Shown: positions 48,825 through 59,868, counted from the first letter of the stretch. The stretch is DNA of 64,000 bases from Polyangiaceae bacterium (GCA_965222375.1 CBDCTZ010000005.1:544001-608000); one strand, 5' to 3'. A program made the numbers and translations. Notes: generated by a model not told the origin, from the sequence alone.

Positions 48825-50060
48825 ATGCCGAAGGTCCTCGAATTCTACTTCGACTACTCCTGTCCATACGCCTACCTGGCCTCGACTCGAGTGCAGCGCA
48901 TTGCCGACGCCACGGGCGCAAGACTCGAATACAAGCCGTTCCTACTCGGAGGAGTGTTTCGCGCGCTCGGTAGCGCAACGCCAGACGTGCTGCCCATGTC
49001 CCCGGCCAGGGCAAAGCTGAATGGTCTGGATATGCAACGCTTTGCGGAACTCTTCGACGTGCCGCTCAACATGCCCCGAACGCATCCCAACCGCACGGTC
49101 ACGGCGTTGCGAGCCACCCTGGCAAGCAAGGATTTGGCGTCGGCTTGTCACGCTCTGTTCAAAGCTTATTGGGTCGAGGGACAAGACTTGAGCGACGACG
49201 ACGTCATTTCGAGGGCGCTCACCACCGCTGGGCTGGACGCTCGAGCTGCTCTTGCGGCTGCAGGCCAAACGGCAATCAAGGACGAGCTGCGCAGCCGCAC
49301 CCAAGAGGCCATCGACCGCGGTGTCTTCGGCGCGCCCGCCTGTTTCGTCGATGGCGAGCTATTCTGGGGACAGGACAGGCTGGGGTTCGTCGCCGAAGCG
49401 CTGGGAGGCGACCCGGGCCTCGTTGGGCTGCGCCCGGACCCGGCCGGAGCCGACAAGCCGGAGCAGGTGGAGTTCTTCTTCGACTTTTCCAGCCCCTTTG
49501 CCTACCTGGCCTCCACCCAAATCGAGCGAGTCGCGGCTTCTGCGGCTGCAAGCGTCGCTTTCCGCCCTTTCTTGCTGGGCGCTCTGTTCAAGAACATTGG
49601 GACCGCCAATGTGCCGATGCTGGAGTACTCCCCCGCGAAACAAGCTTGGATCGGAAAGGACATCGCGCGGCATGCAGAGCGCTACGGCATCGGTTTTCGC
49701 TTCCCATCCACTTTCCCGATCCGAAGCGTACTGCCCCTGCGTGCCGCCATCGCTGCCGGGGATCAACTGCCCGCCGTCATGCACACGCTCTTCAAGGCAG
49801 CCTGGGTGGACGATCGCGACATCGCCGAGCCAGGGAGCCTGGCCAAGATCCTCGAGGACGGCGGGCACGACGCTGGACTCGTGGAGCGTGCATCTGACCC
49901 CAGCGTCAAAGCCAAACTGCGAGAGCACACGGACCGCGCTCAGGCCATAGAAGCCTGTGGCGCCCCGACCTTCCTGGTCGGACAGCATGTGTTTTGGGGC
50001 CAGGACCGGCTGGAGCTGGTTCGGCGCGCACTGCTGGGATGGAAACCCAGCGCCGGCTAG
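48825..50060 (+). CDS. tandem two-domain DsbA-fold protein (2-hydroxychromene-2-carboxylate isomerase/kappa-GST family)
   Basis: FYFDYSCPYAYL..GVFGAP..FWGQDRL repeated as FFFDFSSPFAYL..CGAP..FWGQDRL. Confidence 0.9.
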   Translation: MPKVLEFYFDYSCPYAYLASTRVQRIADATGARLEYKPFLLGGVFRALGSATPDVLPMSPARAKLNGLDMQRFAELFDVPLNMPRTHPNRTVTALRATLASKDLASACHALFKAYWVEGQDLSDDDVISRALTTAGLDARAALAAAGQTAIKDELRSRTQEAIDRGVFGAPACFVDGELFWGQDRLGFVAEALGGDPGLVGLRPDPAGADKPEQVEFFFDFSSPFAYLASTQIERVAASAAASVAFRPFLLGALFKNIGTANVPMLEYSPAKQAWIGKDIARHAERYGIGFRFPSTFPIRSVLPLRAAIAAGDQLPAVMHTLFKAAWVDDRDIAEPGSLAKILEDGGHDAGLVERASDPSVKAKLREHTDRAQAIEACGAPTFLVGQHVFWGQDRLELVRRALLGWKPSAG

Positions 50061-53000
50061 TTCGCAGAGCGGGCGGAGGTCGGACTGGGGCTGGGGCGCT
50101 CGGCGGAGACCGCCGGTTTCTGCAGGCGGTGCACACCCAGCTGCGCGGCGCCAAAGGCCTCGCTTGCCGCCCGTACCACGTGCTCGTGATGTGTGAAGAG
50201 GAAGACTTGTCCGCGAGCCGCGACCTGCACCAGCGCGCGCAGCGCGGCACGACCGCGGTCATCGTCAAAACTCGCAAGCACGTCGTCGAGCACGAGAGGC
50301 AGGCACGCCCCTTCGTTCAGGTGGCGCTCGTAACTGGACAGTCGCAACGCCAAGTACAACTGATCCGCCGTGCCCTCGGAAAGCTCCCCCACGGCCAAGG
50401 TCGTCTGGTCCTCGCGAACGGCCCGAAGCGCGAAACGGTCGTCTTCACCGAGCTCGGACCGCACGCCCGCATAGCGCCCCTCCGTGAGTTCGGAGAACAG
50501 CTCGGCCGCGCGAGTGAGCAGGGTGCCTTGATTCGCCTCGCGATAACGCTCGATCTCCCGCGACAGCACCACGATGGCTAGCTTCAGCCTCACCCAACGC
50601 TCAGCAAGCTCACGAATCTCACTGGCCACTGCGCAGGCAGAGTCCGCTGCAAGCACACCAGCGTCGGTTGCGAGATCCTCCAGGCCCTTCGTGAGCGCAG
50701 AAATGTCTACGGCCAGATTTTGGCGTTGTTCGTCTAGCGGTTCGAGTTCGTCGTCGATTTCGGATAGCTGATGGCGGACGCTAGCCAGGTCGAGCCCCGC
50801 GGTTTCCGATTCCAGACGATCGAGGGCAACGCCTTCACCAGACTGAGACAGCGCAGACTCCAAACGCTGAAGCTCAGCTACGGCGGCCGCGCGCTCGAGG
50901 ACCCGCTCCTCGGCTTCAATCAACTCCTCGCGAGTGCTCGCGCCCACCTGTTGCATGAGGCTTTCGAGCTGCCCTTGGGAGTCTCCTTGCCGAACCACCG
51001 CCGCATGGAGGGCCGCCCGACTCTCTTCCAGGTCACGGTGAAACGCTTGTCGCTGCTCGTCGCGACTGCGCGCTTCGCGTGCGCTCGCGATGATGAGTTC
51101 CGCGAGCTCCACTGGATGCAGTGACTGGGCGTCTTGCCCGACGACGGATGCGAGCCGCGTGACCGTCCCTCGCAACTCTTCACTGTCACGCTGGATCCCG
51201 CCTATTCGGCGCTCCAGATTCTCGCGTTCCCGCTCGAGAGCGCCAAGCTCCTGGGCGTCTCGGAGCACGGATATCACCAACTCCGGCGCCGGAGCGTCGC
51301 CGAGCCCCAGATCCGCGGTCGCTTGCTTCCACTCCTCGGACCAGGACCGCTCCTTCTTTCGGGCGCGAGCCAGGCGACGCTCTGCGGCGACCTTCTGCGC
51401 ACGTGCCGCATCGCGTTTGGCCACCGCGTCCGCCAGCGCCGACTGATGCTCGCGAGCTGCTGCCACGCGTTCGAGGGCCCGATCGATCCCCTGAGCGAGC
51501 TCCATGCCGGTCAGGTCTTCGCCCAAACACTCGCTCAGCGCCGCCAACTCTGAAACGCGAGCCTCTTGCAAACTGTCGCGGTCAGCGCGCATTGCGTGTA
51601 GTTCAGCTGCGTCGTCCCGCGCAGCCTGTGCGCGTGCGAGCCAGTCCCCAGCCAACTTGATGCTGTCGGGAACAAAGCCAACGGATGCAAAGCAGTCCGC
51701 CAGCCGCTGGCCAAGCGCGCGGCGCGCTTCCTGCAGCTCTCCAGCCTCGGTCGCAAGCCGGCCCAAGTGACGCTCATGTTTGCGGATCTGGGCTTCGTGT
51801 TGCGCGCAGCGCTGCACCCGCTCGGCCTCGCGTCGCAGGCGATCCGAAACGGCGTCCGCCGCCGTCACGCATACTTCATACGCCTCTATGTCGTCCGCGC
51901 TTCGCGCCTCGGACCCGAGCAGCGCTGGTCGGAGCGACTCGAAGGCTTCGTCGCGCCGTTTGCGATTCTCCGCTAGCTCAGCCTCGCTGGGCACGCCCTG
52001 GCCTTGGACCAGTGCCTGCAGACCTGCCTCAGCCTCGTCGCGCCCCTCACGCTGATCGCGCTCCTTGTCAGTGAGCCGTGCCCGGGCCTCGGCCAGCTTG
52101 GCCTCTGATTCTGATAGCTCTTCCAGGCGAGCAGACTTAGGGAGCGTGAGCGCCTGGAGCTCGTCCGCGCTGCCTTGCCACGGCGCCAGCTCCCTCAGCA
52201 AACGCCCTAGCCGCCCTTCTTTCGTGCGGATCTCTGCCTCGACCCCGACGACTCGCTCGTCCAGGTCGCCGCGACGGCGGGTGCGATCAAGGCGACGCTC
52301 GACATTGCTGCAGTCGGGCGGGTTGCCCAGCGCCGAAAGGGCTTCCTGGGCCTGCGCCGTCCTCTCGGTAGCCTCCTCGAAGTCGAGCTGTATCTCCTCC
52401 GCGCTGGGCGGACGCGCCGTCGCAAGTTTGTTCACGAGCTGACTCTGCTGCGGCGAGAGAGAGAGACGCTCGGCCTCGGTCACCGAGCCGAGCCCAAGTC
52501 GGCTCAGAGCTGCCTGAACCTCTCGGCTCTTTCCAGCCAGCGCCTCGCGACGCTTGGGCAAATCGAGTAGCGCCTTGCGCTCTCGGCCCACAAGCTGCTC
52601 CAGAGAGGCAAGCTCCGTTGGCGCAACCCCCAGCACGACCTCCGCAGGTCCCAGCTCCTCCAACCGCTTCTCGAGGCGCTCGATGGCCTGGCTGCGAGTC
52701 CGCACCTCGCTTTCAGCGTCCCTCAGCTCACCCTCCAGCTGCTCCCGGCGCGCGCGCAGATCCGGAGCAACACTTTCGTAGCTCCGCAGCACATCAAGGC
52801 GCTGGAGGCACTGGGCTCTCCGCCGCAGATCCGGCAACACCGCCAGCGCACGATTGAGCCGCATCCGCTGGCCCCGAAGCTCGCGGAGACGATCGTCTTG
52901 CAGCCGCTTTTCCTGCTTCTTGGCCACGAGCTGCTGCTCTTGCTTGGCATAGGTCGCAGGATCCGTCACCCGCAGCTTGAGAGCCTTCTTCACTTCCCCG

Positions 53001-53566
53001 TGTTTGGCGAGAGCCGCGTTGAGCGCTGGGTTCTTGGCGCGCCCGGGCTTGAACAACTCGTCCGCTTCTGCTCGCAGCTTGGCGAGTGCGCGCTCGACGG
53101 AGGGCCCGCCGCTGCTGGCGTCGAACAGCACCTGGCCTACCTCGCCACTGCCCTCGACCAGGCTCCTTCCACCTTGGCGCAACCGGGGCCCATCCAAGGC
53201 AAAGGCGGATTCAAAGCTGGCTTGGCTCACGCCGCCCAGAACCGCCAGCATTCGCGCCTCGGGAAAGACCTCGCCACCTGCGAGAGACAAGGTGTTCTTG
53301 CTCCCTTTCCGGCGTTGCAGTTCGAGCACGCCAAAGTCCGTCTCGACGCAAGCGCTCAGCAGTAGCTTTGAGTAACTGTGCAGGTGCGCGTCCGACGTGC
53401 GCGTCTCGATGCCGTAGAGCAGTGCCGTAAGCGCGCGCAGGGCAGTGCTCTTGCCCGCCTCGTTGGGGCCGTAGATGATGTGCAGCGCGTTGGGTGAGGC
53501 TCGAAAATCCAAGACCGTATCCGTGAACGGTCCGTAGCGGGTCAGGCCAAGCTCCAACACACGCAT
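50057..53566 (-). CDS. yhaN: YhaN family SMC/Rad50-like ATPase
   Basis: Walker A GPNEAGKS, long coiled coil, LSEGTADQLYLALRL, LVLDDVLASFDDDR, FTHH. Confidence 0.88.
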   Translation of the reverse strand: MRVLELGLTRYGPFTDTVLDFRASPNALHIIYGPNEAGKSTALRALTALLYGIETRTSDAHLHSYSKLLLSACVETDFGVLELQRRKGSKNTLSLAGGEVFPEARMLAVLGGVSQASFESAFALDGPRLRQGGRSLVEGSGEVGQVLFDASSGGPSVERALAKLRAEADELFKPGRAKNPALNAALAKHGEVKKALKLRVTDPATYAKQEQQLVAKKQEKRLQDDRLRELRGQRMRLNRALAVLPDLRRRAQCLQRLDVLRSYESVAPDLRARREQLEGELRDAESEVRTRSQAIERLEKRLEELGPAEVVLGVAPTELASLEQLVGRERKALLDLPKRREALAGKSREVQAALSRLGLGSVTEAERLSLSPQQSQLVNKLATARPPSAEEIQLDFEEATERTAQAQEALSALGNPPDCSNVERRLDRTRRRGDLDERVVGVEAEIRTKEGRLGRLLRELAPWQGSADELQALTLPKSARLEELSESEAKLAEARARLTDKERDQREGRDEAEAGLQALVQGQGVPSEAELAENRKRRDEAFESLRPALLGSEARSADDIEAYEVCVTAADAVSDRLRREAERVQRCAQHEAQIRKHERHLGRLATEAGELQEARRALGQRLADCFASVGFVPDSIKLAGDWLARAQAARDDAAELHAMRADRDSLQEARVSELAALSECLGEDLTGMELAQGIDRALERVAAAREHQSALADAVAKRDAARAQKVAAERRLARARKKERSWSEEWKQATADLGLGDAPAPELVISVLRDAQELGALERERENLERRIGGIQRDSEELRGTVTRLASVVGQDAQSLHPVELAELIIASAREARSRDEQRQAFHRDLEESRAALHAAVVRQGDSQGQLESLMQQVGASTREELIEAEERVLERAAAVAELQRLESALSQSGEGVALDRLESETAGLDLASVRHQLSEIDDELEPLDEQRQNLAVDISALTKGLEDLATDAGVLAADSACAVASEIRELAERWVRLKLAIVVLSREIERYREANQGTLLTRAAELFSELTEGRYAGVRSELGEDDRFALRAVREDQTTLAVGELSEGTADQLYLALRLSSYERHLNEGACLPLVLDDVLASFDDDRGRAALRALVQVAARGQVFLFTHHEHVVRAASEAFGAAQLGVHRLQKPAVSAERPSPSPTSARSAN

Positions 53567-54816
53567 TAGCCTTGCCTCTCGAGTAAACGTGACAGGAGTA
53601 GGTGTTTTGCCTCTGCCAAAGAGTGGCGAAGGGCGTCCGGGTCGTCGAGGCGCAGAGCGTCGGGCCCACGCTTGAGCTCCGCCGGCAGCTTCTGCCTCAG
53701 CTCGGCCAACTCGAGCGCAAGCTCGGCAAGAGCGTCCCGGTCCCCGGCGAGCCCATCGATGCTACGTGCCACCTCGCCGATCACGTCGTCTCGATCCGCG
53801 GCGGCGTCGATGTCGACGGGCTGCTGGGTATGCACCCGCACTTTCTCGATCCAAAGTTCGTCCAAGCCCTGCCCGATCTGCCGAACCTCAGCGACAAGAT
53901 GTTCGACGTCCCTCGACAATTCCGCGTGCGCCTCGGAACGCCCGACCAGCGTGACTCGGGCCGCTAACAAGCGTCCCTCTGCATCGCGCCGAGCCAGAGT
54001 CAGCGCGCGTTCCACAGCTTCGAGCGCGTCGTCGAGGTTGGCCGCGGTCGCGACGTCTACCTCAACGTTAGCCCAGCGCACCACGTCGAAGGCCAGAGGC
54101 TCCGCTTGGACGATGCGGCCATCTCGCACCGTGATCAAGGTGGCCCCCTTCGCTCCTGACTCTTTCGCGTGGCGCCCCTGAAGATTGCCCGGAAAGACAA
54201 TCAGGGGCTCCTCCCGCACGATTTCCCGTTGGTGCACATGCCCCAGCGCCCAGTAGTCGTAGCCCCGGTCAACCAAGCGCTCGACGCTGCAAGGGGCGTA
54301 GGGCTCGTGGCCGGGACGCCCGGTCAAGGAGGTGTGCAGCAATCCAAAGTTGAGCACTCCGGAATCGGCATCAGGGTAGCCTGCTGCAAGGTCGTCGGAA
54401 ACTGCGGGCCGCGCGAAACCCTGGCCATGCACCGCTACGCCAAGCTCCTCGAAACGTAAGGTCTGGGGCTTCTTGTAGCTGAGCTCCGTGACGTTTTCCG
54501 GCGTTCGCAATTCACGGGTGATCTTGCTTTGCGCGTCGTGGTTGCCACGGATGAACACGACCTGACAGCCGACCTCGCGCAGACGAGCTAACTGCCCGGT
54601 CAGAAACAACCCCGTCGAGTAGTCCCGCCAGTCACCATCGTAGAGATCTCCAGCGAGCAGAAAGAGCTTCACGTCGAACTCGAGGCAACGTTCCACAAGC
54701 GCCTCGAAGGCGCGCCGAGTTGCCAACCGCATGCGCTCCACGGGAGCTCCTTCGTATCTGGAGAGCCCCAGCAGGGGGCTGTCCAGATGCAAGTCCGCGG
54801 CGTGCAGGATCAGCAT
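53566..54816 (-). CDS. yhaO: YhaO family Mre11/SbcD-like metallophosphoesterase nuclease
   Basis: HAADLHLDSP, AGDLYD, GNHD, YWALGHVH, PGNLQGRH; stop overlaps the yhaN start. Confidence 0.88.
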   Translation of the reverse strand: MLILHAADLHLDSPLLGLSRYEGAPVERMRLATRRAFEALVERCLEFDVKLFLLAGDLYDGDWRDYSTGLFLTGQLARLREVGCQVVFIRGNHDAQSKITRELRTPENVTELSYKKPQTLRFEELGVAVHGQGFARPAVSDDLAAGYPDADSGVLNFGLLHTSLTGRPGHEPYAPCSVERLVDRGYDYWALGHVHQREIVREEPLIVFPGNLQGRHAKESGAKGATLITVRDGRIVQAEPLAFDVVRWANVEVDVATAANLDDALEAVERALTLARRDAEGRLLAARVTLVGRSEAHAELSRDVEHLVAEVRQIGQGLDELWIEKVRVHTQQPVDIDAAADRDDVIGEVARSIDGLAGDRDALAELALELAELRQKLPAELKRGPDALRLDDPDALRHSLAEAKHLLLSRLLERQG

Positions 54817-54968
54817 CGCCCCGGTTTTATCATGCAGGGCGCGAAGAGCAGGCCGGTGCTCGGACATTGCCTGACCCGATATCCGTTTTTTGGCCCCTAG
54901 CCGCGGGTTGGCAGCGGCATGGTCCGTAATCCTTGAGATCCCGGGCACTTCTCCGCTATCTGGATCGG

Positions 54969-56327
54969 GTGACTCAACCACACGTGTTAGCAATTGCCGT
55001 CGGGGGCGGGCCGGCACCAGGTATCAACAGCGTCATCGGCGCAGCCACGATCCGCGCTCGACTTGCCGGCGTCCAGGTGCTGGGAATTCGAGACGGTTTC
55101 CAATGGATCATGCGCGGAGACATTGGCCATGTGACACCCCTCACGATTGAGGGTGTGAGCCGAATTCACTTTCGGGGCGGGTCGATCATTGGCATCTCAC
55201 GCGCTAACCCGACCAAGGATGAGCAGCATTTGGAGAACACGGTCATCTCCCTGCTACGGCTAAACGTCGACAAGCTGATTACGATCGGTGGCGATGACAC
55301 TGCATTCACGGCAATGCGATTGAGCCAGCAGGCCAGCGGTCGAATCCGCGTGGTTCACGTTCCCAAGACCATCGACAACGATCTCGACTTGCCAGACGGC
55401 ATTTCCACTTTCGGATTCCAAACCGCCCGACATGTGGGCGTGAGCATCGTCAAAGACCTTCAGGTGGATGCCTTCACCACGAGCCGCTGGTACTTCATCA
55501 TCACCATGGGCCGCAAGGCAGGTCACCTCGCCTTGGGCATTGGCAAGGCGGCTGGCGCCACGCTCACGTTGATCCCGGAAGAATTCCGCAACGGCAAACT
55601 GACGCTGGACCGCATTGTGGACATTCTCGCGGGGGCGATCATCAAACGCATGTCTTATGGGCGTAGCGACGGAACTGCGGTGTTGGCAGAAGGACTCGTG
55701 GAGCACCTTCGCCCCGATGACCTGGCGGACCTCGCCAACACCGAGCGCGACGCCCACAACAACTTGCGCATCGCCGAAATCAACTTTGGGGAAATACTCA
55801 AGTCCCGAGTGCAGGCGCGCCTCAGGGAGCTCGGGTTGAAAACCACCATCGTGGCCAAGAACATCGGCTACGAGCTGCGCTGCACGGATCCGATCCCTTT
55901 CGACATGGAATACACGCGAGACCTCGGCTATTGCGCGGCCAAATACCTGTTGGAGGGAGGAAACGGTGCGCTGATGACAATTCAGCAGCGCAAGTTCGTC
56001 CCAATACAACTCGCCGATATGCTCGACCGCGAAACCGGGCGGACCCGTGTACGCATGGTCAACACGGAAACTGAGCATTACCACATCGCTCGGCGCTTCA
56101 TGCTGCGCTTGCGTCACGATGACTTTCGGGATCCGCACGAACTGGCAAAGTTCGCAGCCACCGCGGGCCTCAGTTTGGAAGAGTTCCGCCGTCAATTCGA
56201 ATACCTCGTCGATGACGAGCCAGGCTCTCTCGTGCTGATGCACGAGCCACCGGATTCGATGCTCCGGCAGGAAGCCAGATCCGAAGCGCCAGCGTCGCGT
56301 CAGCCGGATGACGCTCCGTCGGATTGA
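54969..56327 (+). CDS. pfp: pyrophosphate-dependent phosphofructokinase
   Basis: GGGPAPGINSVI, IGGDDT, PKTIDND, MGR, GYELRC; GGDD plus PKTIDND indicates PPi specificity. Confidence 0.9.
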   Translation: MTQPHVLAIAVGGGPAPGINSVIGAATIRARLAGVQVLGIRDGFQWIMRGDIGHVTPLTIEGVSRIHFRGGSIIGISRANPTKDEQHLENTVISLLRLNVDKLITIGGDDTAFTAMRLSQQASGRIRVVHVPKTIDNDLDLPDGISTFGFQTARHVGVSIVKDLQVDAFTTSRWYFIITMGRKAGHLALGIGKAAGATLTLIPEEFRNGKLTLDRIVDILAGAIIKRMSYGRSDGTAVLAEGLVEHLRPDDLADLANTERDAHNNLRIAEINFGEILKSRVQARLRELGLKTTIVAKNIGYELRCTDPIPFDMEYTRDLGYCAAKYLLEGGNGALMTIQQRKFVPIQLADMLDRETGRTRVRMVNTETEHYHIARRFMLRLRHDDFRDPHELAKFAATAGLSLEEFRRQFEYLVDDEPGSLVLMHEPPDSMLRQEARSEAPASRQPDDAPSD

Positions 56328-56436
56328 GGGGTGTCGCCCTCACCCTTGATGCCAATTTGACGCACGGGTTGCCTGATACCTATCCCGTTTTCCGACGATT
56401 CCGGGTTGGAATGGATGTTGAATCCCTCCTGAATCC

Positions 56437-57339
56437 GTGCGCGCCCTGGTGCTAGTGACGACTGCGATTGCCGGGATCGGGATTGCCCCCGCCTGGCTGT
56501 CCAGCTCGTCTTCGGTCCTGCCAAGCGCGGCATGGCACGGGGCAGCGGAACCCAAGGCCGCTAGCCTATTCGCTGCCGCGCCGGCTCAGCCGAAGGCGGC
56601 ACCCGCGGACGACACCGCAGCAGCGTCGGACCCGGCGCCGACCCTCGGGCGCACCCTCGACGTGCTGCCCGCCCCGCCGGCGGAATCCGCCTGCCCAAAT
56701 GGCATGGTGCTGGTGGAAGGCGAGTACTGCCCTGAAGTGAAACACCATTGCAAGCGTTGGATGGATCCAAAGGGTCCCTACCATCACTTTCGTTGTGCTG
56801 AATATGAACAGCCGGCTCGCTGCAAGTCAGCGCGAGTGAAAATGCGCTTCTGCATCGATCGCGACGAATACACGGCTGCGGGAAGCTCCTTGCCAGCGAA
56901 CAACCAGAGCCTCACGGATGCAGCTCGTACCTGCGCAGCCGAGGGCAAGCGAGTATGCCGCGAAAGTGAATGGAACTTTGCCTGCGAAGGCGAAGAGATG
57001 CGTCCTTATCCCTACGGCTTCTCGCGGGACGCTTCCGCGTGCAACGCAGATCACACGGATCTCGTGGACAAAGAGGGCAAGTTAAAGGACCGACGCGCGC
57101 CTTCCAACGCCTACCCGCGTTGTGAAAGCCCGTTTGGGGTGCGAAACCTCAGCGGCAACTTGGAAGAGATGGTTGCACGAGACGGGCCTGGACCGATGCG
57201 CCCTGCCATGAAGGGGGCGTACTGGCAACCCAGTCGTAACCACTGTCGTGCTGCACAGACCGCGCACGACCAGTACTACCACGGGACCGAAACCGGGTTT
57301 CGCTGCTGCGCTGATGCGCCCGAGACGCGCGTCGAGTAG
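56437..57339 (+). CDS. secreted FGE-sulfatase (SUMF1) domain protein
   Basis: [39 protein letters not shown]. Confidence 0.88.
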   Translation: MRALVLVTTAIAGIGIAPAWLSSSSSVLPSAAWHGAAEPKAASLFAAAPAQPKAAPADDTAAASDPAPTLGRTLDVLPAPPAESACPNGMVLVEGEYCPEVKHHCKRWMDPKGPYHHFRCAEYEQPARCKSARVKMRFCIDRDEYTAAGSSLPANNQSLTDAARTCAAEGKRVCRESEWNFACEGEEMRPYPYGFSRDASACNADHTDLVDKEGKLKDRRAPSNAYPRCESPFGVRNLSGNLEEMVARDGPGPMRPAMKGAYWQPSRNHCRAAQTAHDQYYHGTETGFRCCADAPETRVE

Positions 57340-57348
57340 ATTGGGTGC

Positions 57349-57972
57349 TCAGCCCGGGCAGCTGACGCCGGTACCACCGAGCCCACAGTAGCCGCGTGGG
57401 TTCTTGTGCAAGTACTGCTGATGGTAGTCCTCGGCGTAGTAGAACTGAGGCGCCTCTTGGATTTCGGTCGTGATGTCTCCGTGGCCTGCCACAGTCAGCT
57501 CTTGTTGATAGCGCTGCGCTGACCGCTTCGCTTGCTCAAGCTGCGCGTCGTCGTAGCAGTAGACGGCCGAGCGATACTGCGTCCCCCGGTCGTTGCCTTG
57601 CCGCATGCCCTGAGTCGGATCGTGGCTCTCCCAAAACACTCGCAGGAGTTGCTCGTAGCTGGTGACCGTCGGATCGAAGACGACTCGCACGATTTCCGTG
57701 TGACCGGTCCGCCCCGAGCAGACTTCCTCGTAGGTCGGGTTCTTGGTGTAGCCGCCGGCGTAACCGACCTGGGTGGAAATGACCCCGGATTGCTGCCAGA
57801 ACTTGCGCTCGGCGCCCCAAAAACAGCCCAGGGCAAACAGCGCTAGAGACATCCCCGGCCAGGGCGGCTGGGTACTCTCGCCGGTCACGGCGTGGCGCTC
57901 GCTAACGCGGAGCGGCGTGGAGCGACCGGGTAGTGCGCTTGCGGGGGTCGGCAGTTCCATCGAGTGCAGCAT
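57349..57972 (-). CDS. msrA: peptide-methionine (S)-S-oxide reductase
   Basis: [60 protein letters not shown] before ATG 57972. Confidence 0.96.
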   Translation of the reverse strand: MLHSMELPTPASALPGRSTPLRVSERHAVTGESTQPPWPGMSLALFALGCFWGAERKFWQQSGVISTQVGYAGGYTKNPTYEEVCSGRTGHTEIVRVVFDPTVTSYEQLLRVFWESHDPTQGMRQGNDRGTQYRSAVYCYDDAQLEQAKRSAQRYQQELTVAGHGDITTEIQEAPQFYYAEDYHQQYLHKNPRGYCGLGGTGVSCPG

Positions 57973-58068
57973 GGTTTCCTTCAGCTCGTTTTTTGTAGCG
58001 ACCCGGTCCCAGTCCCGCAAGGTCAATCCGTCCAGATCTCCCACGCCAAACGTGCGAGAGTCCGGGAG

Positions 58069-59196
58069 ATGGCGCGCATCTATCTGGACTACAACGCCAC
58101 GACCCCGGTGCTCCCAGAGGTGCTGGAAGCCATGCTGCCATTTCTGGCCGAGGAGTTTGGCAACCCGTCCAGCTCTCACACCGAAGGGCAGCGCGCGCGC
58201 CGTGCCGTCGAAAACGCCCGAGAGCAGGTCGCGGCCCTGGTCGGCATGCACGCCGACGAAGTGACATTCACGTCCGGCGGTACTGAATCCACCCACCTTG
58301 CGCTGTGGGGACTGACCAAAGCGGATCCGAAGCGGCGCCACATAGTAACAACCCGCGTCGAGCACCCAGCAACCCTGGGGCCATGTCGCCAACTCGCGGG
58401 TGCCGGCTTCCAACTCTCGGAGGTGCAGGTTCAGCCCGATGGTCGCGTTTCTGCCGAAGACATCGGAGCAGCGGTCAGTACCGAGACTCTGGTCGCGAGC
58501 GTGATGCACGCCAACAACGAAACCGGCGCAATCATGCCTTTGCGCACGATCGCGGATCACGTCAGGAGCATGGGCTGCCTGTTGCACTGCGACGCAGCGC
58601 AATCAGCTGGCAAGATCCCTGTGCGCGATTTGGGCGCAGACTTGATCACCATCGCGGGGCACAAGCTATATGCGCCGAAGGGCGTGGGCGCGCTCATCCT
58701 GCGCCGCGGGATCAAACTCGAGCCGGTTTTCGTCGGCGGTGGCCAGGAGCGGGCACTTCGGCCGGGCACGGAAAACGTTGCCGGCATCGTTGGGCTGGGT
58801 GCTGCAGCCGAGTTGGCGCTCCAGCGGCTGAACACGCGCATGGAGCGGCTGAAGAAGCTGGCCGACGGTCTACTCTGGCGGCTGCGAGCGGAAATCCCCG
58901 GCGTCATCCTCAACGGGCCGGAAGTCGAACGCTTGCCTAACACCCTCAACGTCTCTTTCCCCGGCGTGCGGGGCAGTGCGCTGCTCGAACGCGCGAGTGA
59001 GCTCTCCGCGTCGACGGGATCCGCTTGCCACGCGGATGTGGAGTCCCCTTCCTCCGTCCTGAACGCGATGGGGCTGTCACCGGAGCGGGCGCTTTCAGCC
59101 GTGCGGCTATCCGTCGGTACCCCCACGAAAGAAGCGGATATTGAAGCCGCGTGCAGCGCGCTCACCGAGGCACATCGTGGACTGACGGCAAACTGA
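58069..59196 (+). CDS. iscS: cysteine desulfurase, IscS/NifS class I
   Basis: [46 protein letters not shown]. Confidence 0.88.
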   Translation: MARIYLDYNATTPVLPEVLEAMLPFLAEEFGNPSSSHTEGQRARRAVENAREQVAALVGMHADEVTFTSGGTESTHLALWGLTKADPKRRHIVTTRVEHPATLGPCRQLAGAGFQLSEVQVQPDGRVSAEDIGAAVSTETLVASVMHANNETGAIMPLRTIADHVRSMGCLLHCDAAQSAGKIPVRDLGADLITIAGHKLYAPKGVGALILRRGIKLEPVFVGGGQERALRPGTENVAGIVGLGAAAELALQRLNTRMERLKKLADGLLWRLRAEIPGVILNGPEVERLPNTLNVSFPGVRGSALLERASELSASTGSACHADVESPSSVLNAMGLSPERALSAVRLSVGTPTKEADIEAACSALTEAHRGLTAN

Positions 59197-59364
59197 CGCC
59201 GAAATGTGGTGTTTTGACCACAGGGTGTGCGACGCGCGGATCATGGTTCGGCGTCGCGGATCTCCGCGAGCTAGCGCGCAAACGCTTTGGCCCACGCTTT
59301 GCTGTTCTGTGCAGTGCGCAATCGCGCATGCTTTCTTAGACGCTTACTTCTCTTGGAGGTCTGG

Positions 59365-59868
59365 ATGCGGAGCTCAATACCAAGCTCGACGCTAGTGGCT
59401 TGCCTCGCGCTCGCCCTGGCGGCGTGTGGCAGCAGCACGGAGTATGACGGAACGGGCGCGCCAGCGGGCGCTGCGGGTAGTAGCGGCACTGCTGGTAGTA
59501 GCGGCGCTGCAGGCGCCGCGGGAGCGTCGTCCACAGGAGGCAGCGGCGCAGGCGGCAGCTCGAGCAGTGCCGGCGGCAACACGAGCGGAAGTGCTGGCAG
59601 CCCGAGCGGCGTCGGCGGTAGCTCGAGCAGTGCCGGCGGCAGCTCGAGCGGAAGTGCCGGCAGCCCGAGCGGTGCCGGCGGCAGTGGCGGCAGCCCGAGC
59701 GGTGCCGGCGGCAGTGGCGGCAGCCTGAGCGGACTGTGCGCTCCCGGCGCCGCGTGTGGCGGCATCAACCACTGCTGGGAAGATTGCTTCAGCAAGGACT
59801 GCTGCAAGCTCGTGTGTTGGTGCGAAAAGGACAGCACGCTGGAGTGCAATTTGGACTGCACCAAATAG
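59365..59868 (+). CDS. Gly/Ser-rich lipoprotein with small Cys-rich C-terminal domain
   Basis: Lipobox LAAC; GS repeats; 10 Cys in the last ~45 aa. Confidence 0.7.
   Translation: MRSSIPSSTLVACLALALAACGSSTEYDGTGAPAGAAGSSGTAGSSGAAGAAGASSTGGSGAGGSSSSAGGNTSGSAGSPSGVGGSSSSAGGSSSGSAGSPSGAGGSGGSPSGAGGSGGSLSGLCAPGAACGGINHCWEDCFSKDCCKLVCWCEKDSTLECNLDCTK
59551..59730 (+). repeat. nested imperfect tandem repeats (about 63 bp x2 and 30 bp x2) encoding a Gly/Ser linker
   Basis: GGCGG(C/T)AGCTCGAGCAGTGCCGGCGGCA.. twice; AGCGGTGCCGGCGGCAGTGGCGGCAGCC.. twice. Confidence 0.75.

Noticed and set aside
57973..58602. N-terminal extension of MsrA in the 417-aa ORF
   Set aside because: Antisense to the cysteine desulfurase gene; RBS and homology support ATG 57972
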